64,000 bases of DNA, from the NCBI RefSeq assembly GCF_001194135.2, contig NC_068988.1:74378819-74442818 (forward strand), written 5' to 3'. The position numbers and the translations under genes are program-made. Below the pieces are notes generated by a model that saw nothing but the letters and a program-made list of their open reading frames with translations, did not search any database and was not told the DNA's origin. Shown one piece after another: positions 62,254-64,000 of this stretch. Each line of letters begins with the position of its first letter. The first letter of the stretch is position 1. Source of the stretch: Octopus bimaculoides (Eukaryota).

Positions 62254-62959
62254 GCCAGTCTATGTTGAATGTTGCATCTTTCCCCAGAGAAGGATTTAGT
62301 GCTTCCAACCTGTTGTCTATTCACTTTCTCAGTGAGTATGAAATCTATTTGGTTTCCACGAATACCTGATTAGTAGATCAGGTGACTAACTGGTTGGTTG
62401 GCTGGTTTTGTTAAGGTTAAAGCTTCAAGTGAGCCATTTTGAGTCTTGGATTCCAAATATCTTCAAACTATATTTAACTTCAATATGTACTAAAGTAGTC
62501 ATCATACTCTGACCCAACATTAAAGTCACCAGCCATAATTTCAAAGCCACTGTCGTTCATTAATTAAGAAAATTTGTCAGAGAACCTCATAGAAATGGTC
62601 CTTTTACTTATCACCACTGATTGTGGTGTAAAGGCAACTGTTGTTATATATTACCTATGACAAGTCTCAGTTTAACTATTCTGTCACATACTCTCAGTAC
62701 CTCAGATTCTTTAACCATTTCTCTACAACAATATACACACTTCATCCACTCCAGTGCTGTTACCCACCATCCTCAAAATTTGTACCTCTGTCCCTTGCCT
62801 GTGAAGTATATGGCTGAGGATTTCCATCATCTTCTACACTTGTTGACTCATCTTTGCTCCACCATTTCTACAGTTTCCCCAAATGGACAAAAGACAATGA
62901 CTGTAGCTGTAAATTTTTGTACCTGACAAGGAGGAAGTTTCTTGTGGTTGGTAGGTTAT

Positions 62960-64000
62960 TTGGAAAGAATTGATGTAGTGTAATTGCTTGCTGATGGCTG
63001 AGGATAACCAGGTGTCATCAGACCACTATATTAGCATAGGCAACATTAGCATGGTCAGTGTCAGTTCTGTCAATGCATTTAGGGTTTTTCCTTGCGTTTA
63101 AGATGATTGTCTTGATTTTATGGATGTCCTTCTTCTTATCCACAATTTCATAACATGGACTAGGTCTGTTTTAGCGTGCTACAAGCATCACAGAGGTTGT
63201 TTGTCAGGCTTAATGGAACTCCTCTACACTGTTTTAGTTTCATTTAGTGTTACTGTTTTCACTGACATGGATGCTCTGTGCAGAATTTTTATTGAGATAT
63301 TCCTTTCCATATTAATGCAAGGTACTCAGTTTTCCTGAATTTTTCATTCATGGTTACAGTTGTGCTTGTTAGGTCCCTTTCTAGGATTGGACAAAAGAGA
63401 GTAAGGAGTCTAGTTGTTTGCAGGGGAGTGAGGTCACACCAATACAGTCATCAATATAATGAATGTAGAGTTCAGGAGTGGGACCAGTGAATCTTGAAAA
63501 TATTTGGGCCTCAGTATATCCAGCAAACAGGTTCACATAGTTGGGGACCATTCTTGTTTCCATGGCCACTCCTGAGACCTGTTGGTAAAACTCCCCCGTG
63601 AACAAGATGCAGTTGAAGGAGAGAACAAGTCTGGCCAGATGAAGAAGTGTGGACATGTCAGGTTGGAGGTTGGGTCAAAGGTCTAGGAAGGGTTTGAGGA
63701 CAAGAAGTCCTTCATTGTGTGGGATCTTGATATCAAAAGTCTATATATAGACTTTTGATATCAAGAATGAAGAGAAGTTCAGAGGGCCCAGGAAGGAAGG
63801 AGAAAGAGTTGAAAAGATGAAGAGCATGGATGTGTGAGGGGAGGGAAGCCACTAAGGGGGGCAAGGACATGGTCGAGATATTTTGAGATGAGTTCCGTGG
63901 GGCAGTTAAAGGCGGAGAAGGTGGGGTTGCCAGGGTTGTTGGGCTTGTGGATTTTGGGAAGGAAGTAAATGGTGGGGGTGCAAGGAGTGTGGACAATGGG
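62960..64000 (-). mobile_element. PLE RT region (different subfamily from 1-1985); runs off the window end
   Basis: FYQQVSGVAMETRMVPNYVNLFAGY..LYIHYIDDCIG (63381-63656), LFILDIKSLY, PKIHKPNNPG. Confidence 0.9.

Overview
AT-rich animal genomic DNA with many microsatellites and several N gaps. The SINE/LINE repertoire looks like Octopus or another cephalopod (inferred from memory of the repeat families, not from a search). No host protein-coding exon or intact RNA gene could be confidently recognised. The window is mostly decayed, often nested mobile elements: Penelope-like elements (PLE; RT, GIY-YIG and hammerhead-bearing termini), RTE, CR1/L2 and R4-type LINEs, several SINE families, mariner/maT, MULE and foldback-type DNA transposons, two solo LTRs and a rearranged Gypsy element. 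The main points of interest are: (i) a Gypsy insertion whose single LTR is split between its two ends and flanked by a ~177-bp duplication of host DNA, as expected for an integrated one-LTR circle; (ii) two dispersed arrays of a highly diverged repeat that keeps a 55-bp period; (iii) three hammerhead ribozyme motifs, one with an intact core; (iv) several near-perfect hairpins, including a pre-miRNA-sized one; (v) an in-frame CR1/Penelope junction; (vi) a CpG-retaining, pyrimidine-rich patch at about 50.4-52.6 kb with a perfect splice donor that may be the 5' end of a + strand gene. Most ORFs in the supplied track are microsatellite or N-gap artefacts.
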